From: Octopus vulgaris
Lineage: Eukaryota
Reading direction: 5' to 3'
Assembly (NCBI GenBank): GCA_951406725.2
Contig: OX597833.1
Coordinates: 18,104,001-18,168,000 of the forward strand
DNA: 64,000 nucleotides
In this document: positions 12,890 to 25,567 of the stretch, piece after piece
Layout: every line of letters begins with the position of its first letter
Numbering within the stretch: the stretch's first letter is position 1
Notes under the pieces: generated by a model
The model's database searches: none
Seen by the model: the letters and a program-made list of their open reading frames with translations, nothing else
What the model was told of the DNA's origin: nothing
Program-made: the position numbers and the translations under genes

Positions 12890-13458
12890 TGTGTGTGTGA
12901 ATACATACACACGACGGGCTTCTTTCCGTTCCGCCTACCAAATCTACTCACAAAGCTTTACTCGGCCCGTGGCTATAATAGTACAAGACAGTCACGCAGT
13001 GGGACTGAACCCAGAACTACATGGTTGGAGAGCAAGCTTCTTACCACACAGCCATCCATGCCTGCGCCTACACCTTCATTTTTTTTTTCTTGAAAATAAA
13101 CATAAAAGCAGAAAAGTGAAATCGAGAAAATATGAGAAAAAAGAGTGCTGGGTGGGGGGATAACAAACAGAAAAGGCAGACCCCCACCACCGAAAAAGAC
13201 AAGGAAAACGACAGAAGAAAGCAAAAGACAAAGCCTTACTTCCGTTAAGACTATTGTTTACTAGGTTTTCAAAACTAAGTGTTTTTTTCTTTTCTTTTTT
13301 TTTAATAACCTGTCTAGCGGAAAGTTTCGACAATTAACTCTCGATAAAGGTACATAATAGGCACAAGAGTGGCGGCGCAGAGGAGGTGGGTGGGTGGGGG
13401 AAGAATAAAGAACAAAACAGAATAATAACTCTCACCACTAATAAAATATAGATATATA

Positions 13459-13621
13459 GGGGTAGGAGTGGCTGTGTGGTAAGTAGCTTGCTTACCAACC
13501 ACATGGTTCCGGGTTCAGTCCCACCGCGTGGCACCTTGGGCAAGTGTCTTCTACTATAGCCTCGGACCGACCAAAGCCTTGTGAGTGAATTTGGAAGATG
13601 GAAACTGAAAGAAGCCTGTCG

Positions 13622-13660
<39 letters not shown>

Positions 13661-13866
13661 ATATGTTTGTGTCTGTGTTTGTCCCCCTAGCATTGCTTGA
13701 CAACCGATGCGGGTGTGTTTATATCCCCGTCACTTAGCGGTTCGGCAAAAGAGACCGATAGAATAAGTACTGGGCTTACAAAGAATAAGTCCCGGGGTCG
13801 ATTTGCTCGACTAAAGGCGGTGCTCCAGCATGGCCGCAGTCAAATGACTGAAACAAGTAAAAGAGT
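13459..13866 (+). mobile_element. Second tRNA-derived SINE family with an internal (TA)/(TG) microsatellite (also 3229-3715 +, 29925-30338 -, 40786-41227 +, 58168-58584 +, and partial copies)
   Basis: Head aggagtggctgtgtggtaag..ggttcagtccc, core ccttgggcaagtg, tail gactgaaacaagtaaaagag. Confidence 0.88.
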
Positions 13867-14526
13867 ATATAAATAGATAGGCTGTGTGGTAAGGAGTTGG
13901 CTTCCAAACCACATGGTTCCGGGTTCAGCCCACTACGCGGAAACTTAACTCTAGTGTCGGATCTTTTCGGTTTGAACGGCATTTTTTTTCTAGCGGTGAG
14001 ACATGAAATTGTCACCCATAATTAAGACCCTAGTATCGAGCCATTGCATTTCAATCTGTTTTAGGGTTAGGGTTAGTTAGGGGTGGGGGGAAGGGTATCT
14101 TTTTTTTCTTCAGAAATGTAAATAAACCCAATCTGTTGCTTAAATGAGGGACATATTCATACGGCACAGAATGTTTTCACCTCAATAGACGTCATGGATT
14201 GGCTGAAATTGCAGAAATTGAAGAAAAAAAAACAACAAATATCTTACAAACCATAGAATTTTCTCTTAATAAAGCCAAGAGAAAAAGATGTGTGTGTGTG
14301 TGACCCCTATCATCGCTTGACAACTGATGTCGGTGTTGGTGTATTTACAACCTCGTATTTTAGCGGTTCGGTAAAAAGAGAGCGATAGAATTAATACCAG
14401 GCTTAAAAAGAAAAAAAAGCCCCAAAAAACTGAGGTCGATTCGTTCGACTAAAATTCTTCAGTATGGTGCCCCAGCATGGCCACAGTCTAATAGCTGAAA
14501 CAAGTAAAAAAATAATAAATGAGCCA

Positions 14527-15710
14527 TATTTCGTTCTGAGTTCAAATTCCGCCGAGGGTAGTAAAGAAATGGGTATTTCGTCTGCCGATACGTTCTGAGT
14601 TCAAATTCCGCCGAGGTCGACTTTGCCTTTCATCCTTTCGGGGTCGATAAAAATAAGTACCAGTTACGCACTGGGGTCGATATAATCGACTTAATCCGTT
14701 TGTCTGTCCTTGCTTGTGCTCTCTGTGTTTAGCCCCTTATGGGTAGTAAAGAAATAGGTGGCGAGCTGATAAAATCGTTAGCATGCCGGACAAAATGCTC
14801 GACAGCAATTCTTTCGGCTCTTTTACGTTCAGTTCAAATTCTGCCGAGCTCATCTTTGCCTTTCATCTTTTCGGATTCGATAACCTAAAGTTTCAGTCAA
14901 GTCCCGAGGGTCAATGTAATCGAATTGTCCCTTCCCCTCCTCGAAATTGCTAGCCTGGAACCCTGCAGCGGACTTGCGTCCCGTTCAGGGGAAATGCTTT
15001 GATTTCGGTTACTTAAGCGCTATGGAAACTGGTTTCAAATTCCGCCGAGGTCGACTTTGCCTTTCATTATTTCAGGGTCGATAAATTAAGTACCAGTTGC
15101 GTACTAGGGTCAATCTAATCGACTGTCCCTTCCTCCTCCCCCAAAATATTTCGGGCCTTGTGCCTAGAGTAGAAAAGAATATATGACTGTTTCTTAATTT
15201 GATCGATTCCCAGGAGGAAGAAAGGTAAAGTTGATTTCGTGCAACAAGAACAACGGCAACAATAATAATAACAACAATAGTATTAACAGCTCCTTCTAAT
15301 GAAAGACGACGAGTTGACCGAATCGTTAGCACGCCGAGCAAAATGCTTAGCGGCATTTCGTCTGCCGCTACGTTCTGAGTTCAAATTCCGCCGAGGTCGA
15401 CTTTGCCTTTCATCCTTTCGGGGTCGATAAAAATAAGTACCAGTTACGCACTGGCGTCGGTATAATCGACTTAATCCGTTTGCCTGTCCTTGTTTGTCCC
15501 TTCTGTGTTAAGCCTCTTGTAGGTAGTAAAGAAATAGGCATTTCGTCCGTCTTTATGTTCTGGGTTCAAATTCCGCCGAAGTCGACTTTGCTTTTCATCC
15601 TTTCGGAATCGATGAAATAAGTACAACATCTAGGGTAAGAACACTGGGGTCGATGTAGTCGACCTACCGTTTCACCTCCAAATTGCTGGCATTGTGCCAA
15701 GATGTGAAAA
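14527..15710 (+). mobile_element. Cluster of the same SINE family
   Basis: At least five body copies. Confidence 0.85.
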
Positions 15711-15849
15711 CAATTTTTTAAAAATAATATTGGTGCAAGGTCAATAATTTTGAGAGGAGACGGATAGTTGATTACATCAACCCCAGAACTCACATTCTAT
15801 TTTATTGAACCCCAAAGGGTTAAAGGCAAACGCGACCTTGCAGCTCCCA

Positions 15850-16770
15850 GTGAGTTACCCCAGGGAAAACTTTATGGTAACATGAGCGACAGAAGTCTTA
15901 CAGGTACGTGGGGTCAATGGACCAGAAAGTGTCATCAGCTGGTATCAGAGTGAGAAAAAGGAGAAACTAGAAGACAGAGAAAGCATTTCAAGCGGCAGAA
16001 TCACGTGTAAAGCAAAACGAGTTGGAGAGCACCTTGGCAACTGAAAGGGTGAGCCTGGGATTCTATCCGAAGAGCTTGGTTGACAAGGCCCAGGACAAAG
16101 AGAGAGAGAGAGATTATATCATTCAGAAGACAGTTAGAATAGATGTAAAGGGGGGTTGAGAGAGCAGAATGGGCGGCTCCGGCAACAGGAAGCACAATCA
16201 AAATTAGAGAGTTTGCAGCAAGAACTATTTGGTCAGGTATCTTGCAGGCGGATGTCTATAATGTTCGGTTTCTTATCCAACCTACATAAGTTCATAGCCA
16301 AGCACTGTTAATCTTCACATCTAGGGTAAGAGTGGGACATCATTCTTATCGCTCTGGTCTGAAAGAGAATCCTTAGAACATTTCAGTAGCTGCATAAAAG
16401 CCCACAGAGAAGGCTCCTATTGATGATCAGGTGCTAAGGGCAGTTGTTAAGAGCTTATCTACTGGGATCAGCGCAAATAAACAGCACCACGTCTCAAGGA
16501 AGTCGATTAGATTTGTCACAAACACCATTAAAAATCAAAAGTGGGCCTCCTCTGCCTGGTCTCTGACTGGTAGCAGCATGTCAATTTGGTGACAGCCGAA
16601 GTACATAGTACCAACAGCACTCCGGTTAGATATTATCATCTCTGAAGCAACAAAAAGTATGGTACAGGAACATTGGGTGCTGAGAAGATCATATTGACGA
16701 AAGGAATGTGAGGAAACGTGCGAGTACGAGGAACCGGTGGGAAAGTGTCAGAACAGAGGCTGGGAAAAGA
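15850..16770 (+). mobile_element. Decayed 3' fragment of an RLE-type (HERO/NeSL-like) non-LTR element
   Basis: Fragmentary peptides DQVLRAV, PTALRLDIIISEATK and RKRA.YEE.V.KCQNRGW resemble the RHD, RPD and KY motifs. Confidence 0.5.
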
Positions 16771-17468
16771 TATTATAAGCCAATGATATTATAAAGAAAA
16801 TGGAGAGATTTAATAAATTAATTAAGATTGCCTACAATTGTTTCAATTCATACTCAATACATATTACAAAACATATATAATAAAATAGAATTGCATTTTG
16901 AAAATTTTGAGCGAAGTATCATCAAGGTGAAAGGATATTAATGAAGTTAGATGTTAAATATAAATATCAACGCACGCACACACACAAAACTAAACATACT
17001 TTCATCTACTTAGTCTATTGGAGTATCTCAACCCATAAGCATGATAATATTTCGCTAAAAATTTTCAAAATGCAAACTTATTTTATTATATATGTTTTGT
17101 TCTGCAAATGGTCCTGGTCTCCATTTTCCACCTGTGGGGTGAAGTTAAAATAATAGACAGAGAACGTCACTGGAAAATACGAAAACTAAAAGAAGCAGCA
17201 CATATGCTAGGACACAACAACCTCCTAAGCAGACCGAGTGCAGATATGAACCGGTATTAAGGAAGGATAGGGGAATATTAGATTTATAAGCCCTAAAATT
17301 CACTCCATAATTCACTCCACGGGCATATGGTTTAGTGGTTAAGAGCGCGGGCTACTAACCCTAAAATTCCGAGTTCGATTCCGGGCAGTGAATTATTAAT
17401 AATAATAATAATAATAGCAACATCGGAAAATACCTTAGGATTGAGAACCTAGGTTCGAAATTTCCGAA

Positions 17469-17499
17469 GACACCTGATGAGGGCTGGAAACGTTGTGTT
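17469..17499 (+). ncRNA. Degenerate minimal hammerhead (3' strand of stem II missing)
   Basis: GACAC CUGAUGA GGGCUG GAAAC GUU GUGUU; stem I and both core boxes intact, stem II cannot form. Confidence 0.45.
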
Positions 17500-17568
17500 A
17501 GAAGATGAGATCAAATATCCGTCAAATGGGAATAATGTATGTATATATATATATTCATATATAAAGAT

Positions 17569-19143
17569 CCTCATGGGAGGAAGATTGCAAATTGCCTAAA
17601 AACAACACTGATGGAGATTGAAAAAAGCCTGCAACAATCCTATATGAGGGAAAGAGCAGACAAAGAAGCCTGGGTTATAAAAAAAAACATTAAATCAAAC
17701 CCAAAGGCCTTCTTTCATTACGCCAAAGAAACAGCATCAGTATGCAGCAAGATAGGACCCCACTTCCAAAAGGATGGCTCCCTCACAGATAGTCCAACCT
17801 GAATGACCAGTTCAAAAGTGTCTTTACCACCCGTTGGAATACAGACAAGTGAACGAACCAGTGCCGTCTCACCTATAACCAGCGAGGCAGTTACGATGGA
17901 ATACACTGAAATTAGCGAAGAAAATATACTACTAGCCATTGATGAGGTGGACGCAAACTCAACTGCTGGTCCTGATGGTTTCCCAGCAATCCTCCTCAAA
18001 TCTTGTAAGCATGCCCTGGCAAAATCCCTCCAGATTCTCTTCCAGAGCTATCTTGCAAATGGCAGACTGCTAAACAAGCTGAAGGAGGGAATAATATGCC
18101 CAATCCATAAAGGGGGAAGCAGAGCAGATGCTAAAAACTATAGGCCTATCGCTGACTTCACACATCAGCAAAGTCATGGGACGGATAGCCAGAGGGAAAC
18201 TAATCGCATTCCTCGAAGAAAATAATTTGCTGAGTGATACCCAGCATGCTTTCGATCAGGTAGGAGCTGCCTGACCCAGCTCTTACAACATTATGACTGA
18301 GTGTTGAGACAGTTACTCAGCAACTCAAACATGGATGTAATATACCTTGATTTTGCAAAAGCTTTCGACAAACTGGATTATGGTATGATATGCCTCAACT
18401 GCGTGATCTCGGCATAGCTGGAAAACTTGGAGAGTGGTTACATGACTATCTGAAAGATAGAAGTCAGGCAGTAGTGGCCAATGGCGCCACGTCAATGAAA
18501 GCACAAATAGTGAGCGGTGTTCTACAAGGCACTGTCTTGGGACCACTGCTTTTCATAATGGTTCTCTCAGATATACCCTCAACATCCCGGATAGCCACCC
18601 TTGCTAGCTACGCAGACGATACGACAGTCTCGCAGAAAATACAGAACCCCAGCGATGTTGCACATTTGCAGCAGGAGTTGGACTCAATTTACAGATGGGC
18701 TGAGGATAATAATATACAGTTTAATGCTGAAAAATTCCAAGCCCTGCGCTTACCAGCGTCCAAAACTGGATATGAAACTTACAGAGTACACTGGTCCACA
18801 GGGAATTACAATCCCAGAGCCTAAATCAGTGAGGGACCTGGGTATCAACATGAGCGATGATACCTCTTTCCAAGTGCACATCACCAGGATGGCGACAAAA
18901 TGCAGACGACTGGCTGGATGGATCCTGAGAACATTCAGAACCAGAGATAAGGAAACCATGGTGGTCCTCTGGAGAACATTCGTCCTCAGGCGCCTGGATT
19001 ACTTCTCCCAGCTATGGTCATCCAACAGTGTAAAATTAACAGCGGACCTTGAAGCAATCCAGCGAAGCTTTACTAAGAAGATCGTCTCTTTGCAACAGCT
19101 CAACTACTGGAAAAGGCTGAAACAGTTAAGACTCTACTCTCTC
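17569..19143 (+). mobile_element. Decayed non-LTR retrotransposon reverse transcriptase (CR1/Jockey group)
   Basis: IKSNPKAFFHYAK, AGPDGFP, NYRPI, GRSCLTQLL, YLDFAKAFD, SGVLQGTVLGPLLF, YADDT, RDLGI; several frameshifts and stops. Confidence 0.93.
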
Positions 19144-19228
19144 GTCGTCGTAACCGACGGAGTGCTCCTTAATTGCTCCAGCATGGCAGCCGTCTGAGAA
19201 ACAATAATAATAACACAGTATATAAAAT

Positions 19229-19616
19229 GGTGATGGAAGCACTCCGTCGGTTACGACGACGAGGGTTCCGGTTGATCCGAATCAACGGAACAGCCTGCTC
19301 GTGAAATTAACGTGTAAGTGGCTGAGCACTCCACAGACACGTGTACCCTTAACGTAGTTCTCGGGGATATTCAGCGTGACACAGAGAGTGACAAGGCCGG
19401 CCCTTTGAAATACAGGTACAACAGAAACAGGAAGTAAGAGTGAGAGAAAGTTGTGGTGAAAGAGTACAGCAGGATCACCACCATCCCCTGCCGGAGCCTC
19501 GTGGAGCTTTTAGGTGTTTTCGCTCAATAAACACTCACAACGCCCGGTCTGGGAATCGAAACCGCGATCCTATGACCGCGAGTCCGCTGCCCTAACCACT
19601 GGGCCATTGCGCCTCC
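19229..19616 (-). mobile_element. Third tRNA-derived SINE family, full length with TSD (related copies 2815-3127, 22818-23122, 34513-34670, 43435-43680)
   Basis: Minus-strand head ggaggcgcaatggcccagtggttagggcagcggactcgcgg..ggtttcgattccc; TSD ACAGTATATAAAAT on both sides. Confidence 0.88.
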
Positions 19617-20249
19617 ACAGTATATAAAATATATAACAGATAAAGAATAATACATATGAGAATTTACAAAACTAAGACAACAAAAACAATAACAAAAAAT
19701 ATAATTATATATTAATGAACAACCCCACCCATCCTTTCACAGAAAAGTAGAGACAAAAACATTTTTTCTTTTGTTATTTTTCCCGGAAGTTGCTTCCCTC
19801 TGTCCTGCAAAAGTAAGTGGAAAAGTTTGAGACTTACTTATTTACTTAGTTGTTTATTTATATGGTCTATTTATTCATTTTATTTGTTTTAAATAAAGTG
19901 TCTAGATTTGTCCGAGTTGATTTAGTCGCTAAACGGAAAGGTGAAAAGGAAAGACGTGGAAAGTAAAAAACAAAAATAATATTGATAATCGAACAACAAT
20001 CTTAAAAATCTATCTCTTCCTCCTATGATTATTCCTCCACATTAATACATAATAACATAATATAATACATATAACCTTATATATAATACATATATATTTA
20101 TATATAATATATATAATATATTATATATAATATATATAATATATTATATATATAATATAATATAATATAATATTATATTATATTATATTATATTATATAT
20201 AAATTATATATAATATATATACATACATAAAGTCTATCTGCCTCCCTCT

Positions 20250-20290
<41 letters not shown>

Positions 20291-20515
20291 TTTTTCTTCG
20301 TTCATTCAGACGTTTGTTTATTCATTGTCAAAAGAGCTTCGTCGTCGACCTCTGGACACACTCACCTCACTCAAGGAATTGATCCTAATCTCAGGTATTT
20401 CATATTTTTCTTTGGTAACTTCTGATTTTTGTAACTTTTCTTTGATTATTTCTTCTTTATGTTTTCTTAACAATTTACATAGACTTCTCTTTTATCATTT
20501 ATATATAGTTTTGCT

Positions 20516-20591
<76 letters not shown>

Positions 20592-20598
<7 letters not shown>

Positions 20599-20824
20599 AG
20601 GAAATAATTTTATTCTCAAACGCAGGATAATGCTAATAATATAGCATGAACAAGATAAACTATCCATATTTTGCAGAAAAATCTGTCGGCGACCAGTCAT
20701 GAGACACGAACTCACATCCCTGGCCGCCGATAGATTTTCCTGCAAAATAAGGATAGTTTATCCTGTTCATGCTATATTATTAGCATTATCCTGCATTTGA
20801 GAATAAAATTATTTCCTTATCTGT
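20592..20824. repeat. Palindrome (about 105-bp arms) adjacent to (TA)n
   Basis: acagagaaggaaataattttattctcaaa... pairs with ...tttgagaataaaattatttccttatctgt. Confidence 0.9.
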
Positions 20825-20889
20825 ATCTTTCAATACATCTCAATACTTCCAAAGCAAACTTTGTTGACTCTCAACGTAAGGTGAATTTA

Positions 20890-20950
<61 letters not shown>

Positions 20951-21119
20951 ATAATAATAATAATAATGATAATCTTACAAGTAAAATAGAACCACTTTTT
21001 TGGAATTCATCTTTCAAGGATATTCCTATACGATCTAGAAAGGAATATATTTTATGTAATTTTTCTAAATGGTATAATTAAATTTTTCAATATTGAATTG
21101 ATTAAAGGTGGTTTTTTTC

Positions 21120-21166
<47 letters not shown>

Positions 21167-21530
21167 CATATATATAACGTTCCATCTGAAAAGGAAAGTC
21201 GGGCTGAAGAGAAGGTGTCTGTCAGCGTGTACGTACAAAAAAAAGATGGATGCGTGTTGCGCGGATGCTGGGAGAGAAAGGCCCTGCGTGAATACGCAGT
21301 AAGGACTTCCAAAAGGTGTCAGTTAAAAAGACAAGGCTCGTGGGGTCGGAGTACACTTGTTTTTTTTTTAACCTACCTCATATTGTCCTTTTATTGTTTG
21401 TTTTGTAATTTGTATTTCATCCGTTTTATAATCATTTTTATATAAAATTTTATAACCTCATTCGATGTACATGACCCCCCATATTATGTTGTATTGTCCT
21501 CCTCTATGTTGGCCCTTCATGGGCAATAAA

Positions 21531-21570
<40 letters not shown>

Positions 21571-21571
<1 letters not shown>

Positions 21572-21825
21572 AATATGAATTAGAGATAAAACTACTATGA
21601 TGCAACTCAAATAGTAATAGACATACATCAAAACATAAATAACAAATAATTTATTATACTTATTATATTATATTTATCATTCATTTTATACTTTTTGTAA
21701 TTAAAATAAAATATATATATTATATAGATCATATTAATTATATATATCATTTGTTATTTATATATTGATTTATGTCTATCACTGTTTGAGTTGCATAATA
21801 GTGTTTTTATCTCTAATTCATATTT
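21571..21825. repeat. AT-rich palindrome adjacent to (TA)n
   Basis: aaatatgaattagagataaaa / tttttatctctaattcatattt, with further pairing inward. Confidence 0.8.
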
Positions 21826-22343
21826 TATATTTTATATATTTATATTGTGAAATTTGAGAAAAATTCAATTTAGTATTAAATCAAAGTTTGGAGTTATACT
21901 CCCTAATATTATTATTATATATATATATAAAACAAAGTAAAGTTGTAAGGCACCGCACGAGTGGAAATATATATGCAAGGTTTGAAAATGCAATTTAAAA
22001 GATGTTTATTGGCTTGACTGGTCCTAATACTTTTTGTTGAATACTTTCTTAAATACTTTCTTGTAAAACTGTTTTAAACATTTTCTTATTATTATCAAAG
22101 AATGTATATATGTATTTTAATACCTTTGTGACAACCAGTACTTAACACAACAAAGCTTATACAAAGCTTTACATTTTACTTTTGACAATCTTTTTCTAAA
22201 AAAGTGAAACCCGTCAAGCCAATAAACATCTTTGAAATTGCATTTTCAATCCTTCTTTCATATATTAGCCATATTCAGATGGCTTTAGTCCCTTATGTTA
22301 TCGAGCAGTTACTGTCTATATCTCTTTTAGAGAATTATTATTG

Positions 22344-22391
<48 letters not shown>

Positions 22392-23478
22392 TATTTATTC
22401 AGGCTCTTTGCGATGAGTTCAAATCCCGCCGAGGTCGACTTTGTCTTTCATCACTTCACAGTCGATAAAATAAAACGGGCACTCCGTCGGTTACGACGAC
22501 GAGTGTTCCAGTCGATCCGATCGACAGAACAGCCTGCTAGTGAAATTAACGTGCAAGTGGCTGAGTACTCCACGGACACGCGTAGCCTTAATGTAGTTCT
22601 CAGGGAGATTCAGCGTGAGACAGAAATACTGATACAACTGATTTTTGCCAGCTCAGTGTAGTGGAGTAAAGTGAAATAAAGCAACTTGCTCAACGACATA
22701 ACGCACCGCCTGGGATCGAACTAACGACCTGATTACCCCTAACTACTAAGCCACAGGCATCCACGGAGTAACACCCGGAATAACAGAAGTCGGCAGGTCC
22801 GGTCATTAGATGCATAGTGGAAGCACTCCGTCGGTTACGACGACAAGGTTTCTGTACCCTTAACGTAGTTTTCGAGGATATTCAGCGTGACACAGAGAGT
22901 GACAAGGCCGGCCCTTTGAAATACAGGTACAACAGAAACAGGAAGTAAGAGTGAGAGAAAGTTGTGGTGAAAGAGTACAGCAGGGATCACCACCATCCCC
23001 TGCCGGAGCCTCGTGGAGCTTTAGGTGTTTTCGCTCAATAAACACTCACAATGCCCGGTCTGAGAATCGAAACCGCGATCCTATGACCGCGAGTCCGCTG
23101 CCCTAACCACTGGGCCATTGCGCATAGTAATGATAGACGGTGATAAGATCAGAGAGCACCGACCTGTTAATGTCACGATTTTGTAGGAAAGACCTTAGGA
23201 AGAAAGGAATAAAATTGCATCAGAACAAAGTGAGAAATTGGTCAAATCCTGTGGACGGAGATGTGCTGAAGTCATTAAAAATACAGGAATGTACACATCT
23301 TATTAATATATTGATGTTGATTATAAAAATTCCAGGCAAAATTTTGATTTCTTGAATTTTACGTCATGCATTCTCTAATTTTGCCCATCTTGTATTTTTC
23401 AAATAAACATTTTTTCTATTATATATAGTAGCATAAGTGGCAACCAGTGATTAGGTATAAACGAATTTTGGGTTAGTT

Positions 23479-23886
23479 AAAAAATATGTTTCTAAAGGCA
23501 AATGCACAGCAGCTACCATGGGGTAAATAATTCTCTCTTATGGTTGATGTGAAAGCACCGTATCTGCCTCTAGCAGATTCCCAGATGTGCGTTTCAGGCT
23601 CTTAAGCCTTCCTCATTGGTAAATACTGAAGAGAAATAACTATGGGCAGATTCAAAGTCGTAGCTTTAACTAAAGAACAGACAACATCAGTGACTGGTTC
23701 TCTCTTCGGTATTTCCCATTGAAGAAGGCTAAGGAAACGGAAACGTGGGTCTAAGAATCCGCTAGAGGAAAGCACTGGGCAGATATGGTGTTTTTATACC
23801 ATTTTACCGCAAGGGAGAATTTTTCCTCCACGCTAGCTGTAGTGAATTTGCCTTCAGAAATTAAAATGTCACAAAACATATTTTAA
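23479..23886. repeat. Diverged palindrome with a degenerate hammerhead in each arm (23581-23619 minus, 23713-23757 plus)
   Basis: Minus arm: CCA AUGAGGA AGGCU-UAAG-AGCCU GAAAC GCAC AUC UGG. Plus arm: UUCCCA UUGAAGA AGGCUAAG..GAAAC GUGG GUC UAAGAA. Confidence 0.65.
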
Positions 23887-24214
23887 ACAAGTGCACTCAG
23901 AGAGTGCAACACCAATGTCCTCTCAACGATTAGCCGGAGATGATTTTTAAAATGTGAATATCTGAAATAAACTCGTCTGCTCTCACAAACGAGAGTGCTA
24001 AAAATGAACCAGACTGCTCTCAAAAATTAAGTAAAAAAAAAGAACCGGAAAAATAATCCAAAATTTAATCAGTTCGTGTCAGTCACAGGGCCATACATAC
24101 CTGAAAGTTTCATCCGAATCCATCAAGCGGTTCTTGAGATATCTTGTCCACTGATAAACAAACAAACAAACACGTCTGAAAACAATACCTCTGCATTCGC
24201 TAAGGCGGAGGTAA
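23887..24214 (+). mobile_element. Putative Helentron/HINE-like non-autonomous element
   Basis: Starts aacaag; (AAAC)n tract; terminal hairpin acctctgc-attcgctaag-gcggaggt then aat. Confidence 0.4.
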
Positions 24215-24976
24215 TAGCCTAAAGTTCGTTTATTCCTAACGATAACTTCAAAATTGAAATCAAAGAAATTGCTGATGGCACGTATGATAGCTAAAATAAG
24301 TAAACATCTAAAAATCTTTTAAACCATGCACTATGAAATAATGCTGGTTATGGTGGACATATATTGAAAATTTAAAAGTATTAACAACTTTGAGAAGTAT
24401 AATTGATGTTTAGATAAAAGAGTACAAAGGGAACGAGGGGAATAAGAGACGGACATTTGAACAACGTAAGAGTTTAGAGCAAATCGACAAAAATTCGAAA
24501 GGTAATGGATTGTATGTAAACAAGAAAGAATTGACAATAGAAGTTGTACACAATGATACGCTGATAAAAGGAAAAGAAGTAGACTGCTGTTTCGGGTGAC
24601 CTGTTTTGAGTAAGAATCAAGATAAAGGAAACAAGGAAAATGATACCATAATATATAAAGCATGGGGGGGGGGGGGATAAAGAGAGAAAAAGAGAGAGGA
24701 AAATAACGTGAAGATAAGGTCAACAGGTTGTGAGATGGTACCTGCTTTCTCATTAATAATTAACAAAACGAACTCATTCGATAAAATATTGGCTTCAAAT
24801 TTTATCGGCCCCCGAAAGGAAGAACGCCATACTTTTTAGGAGTAAGCAAATAGGAAATAGCAGTTACTATCCTAGGACAAAAATCGTGTTACACAGTGTG
24901 ATCTTTGATTTTACTGTTCAACACGAGGTACTTAACATAGAGCTATGTGGACTTTGCTGTAGATAGCTGTTTAAGT

Positions 24977-25567
24977 TAAGGCGGCGAGCTGGCAGTAACG
25001 TTAGCACGCCAGGCGAAATGCGTACCCGTATTTCGTCTGCCGTTACGTTCTGAGTTCAAATTCCGCCGAGGTCGACTTTGCCTTTCACCCTTTCGGGGTC
25101 GATAAATTAAGTACCAGTTACGCACTGGGGTCGATTTAATTGACTTAATCGGTTTGTCTGTCCTTGTTTGTCCTCTCTTTGTTTAGCCCCTTGTGGGTAG
25201 TAAAGAAATAGATATTTCGTCTGCCGCTACGTTCTGAGTTCAAATTCCGCCGAGGTCGACTTTGCCTTTCACCCTTTCGGGGTCGATAAATTAAGTACCA
25301 GTTACGCACTGGGGTCGATATAATCGACATAATCCGTCTGTCTGTCCTTGTTTGTCCCCTCTGTGTTTAGCCTCTTGTGGGTAGTAAAGAAATAGATATT
25401 TCGTTCTGAGTTCAAATTCCGCCGAGGTCGACTTTGCCTTTCATCCTTTCGGGGTCGATAAATTAAGGACCAGTTACGCACTGGGATCGATATAATTGAC
25501 TTAAGCCCTTTGTATGTCCTTGTTTGTCCCCTCTATGTTTAGCCTCTTGTGGGCAATAGAGAAATAC
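24977..25567 (+). mobile_element. tRNA-derived SINE (Nin/Deu-domain-like body), internal trimer, 15-bp TSD
   Basis: Head ggcggcgagctggcag, B-box gagttcaaattcc, body gcctttcatcctttcggggtcgataaa..gtaccag; TSD GATAGCTGTTTAAGT at 24962-24976 and 25568-25582. Confidence 0.9.

Noticed and set aside
14060-14082. TTAGGG telomere-like repeats
   Set aside because: Only 2-3 units inside an interspersed repeat; not an interstitial telomere array
19545-19616. tRNA-like sequence (also 17320-17390, 34513-34585, 43435-43510)
   Set aside because: Heads of tRNA-derived SINEs continuing into the SINE body; no convincing complete cloverleaf
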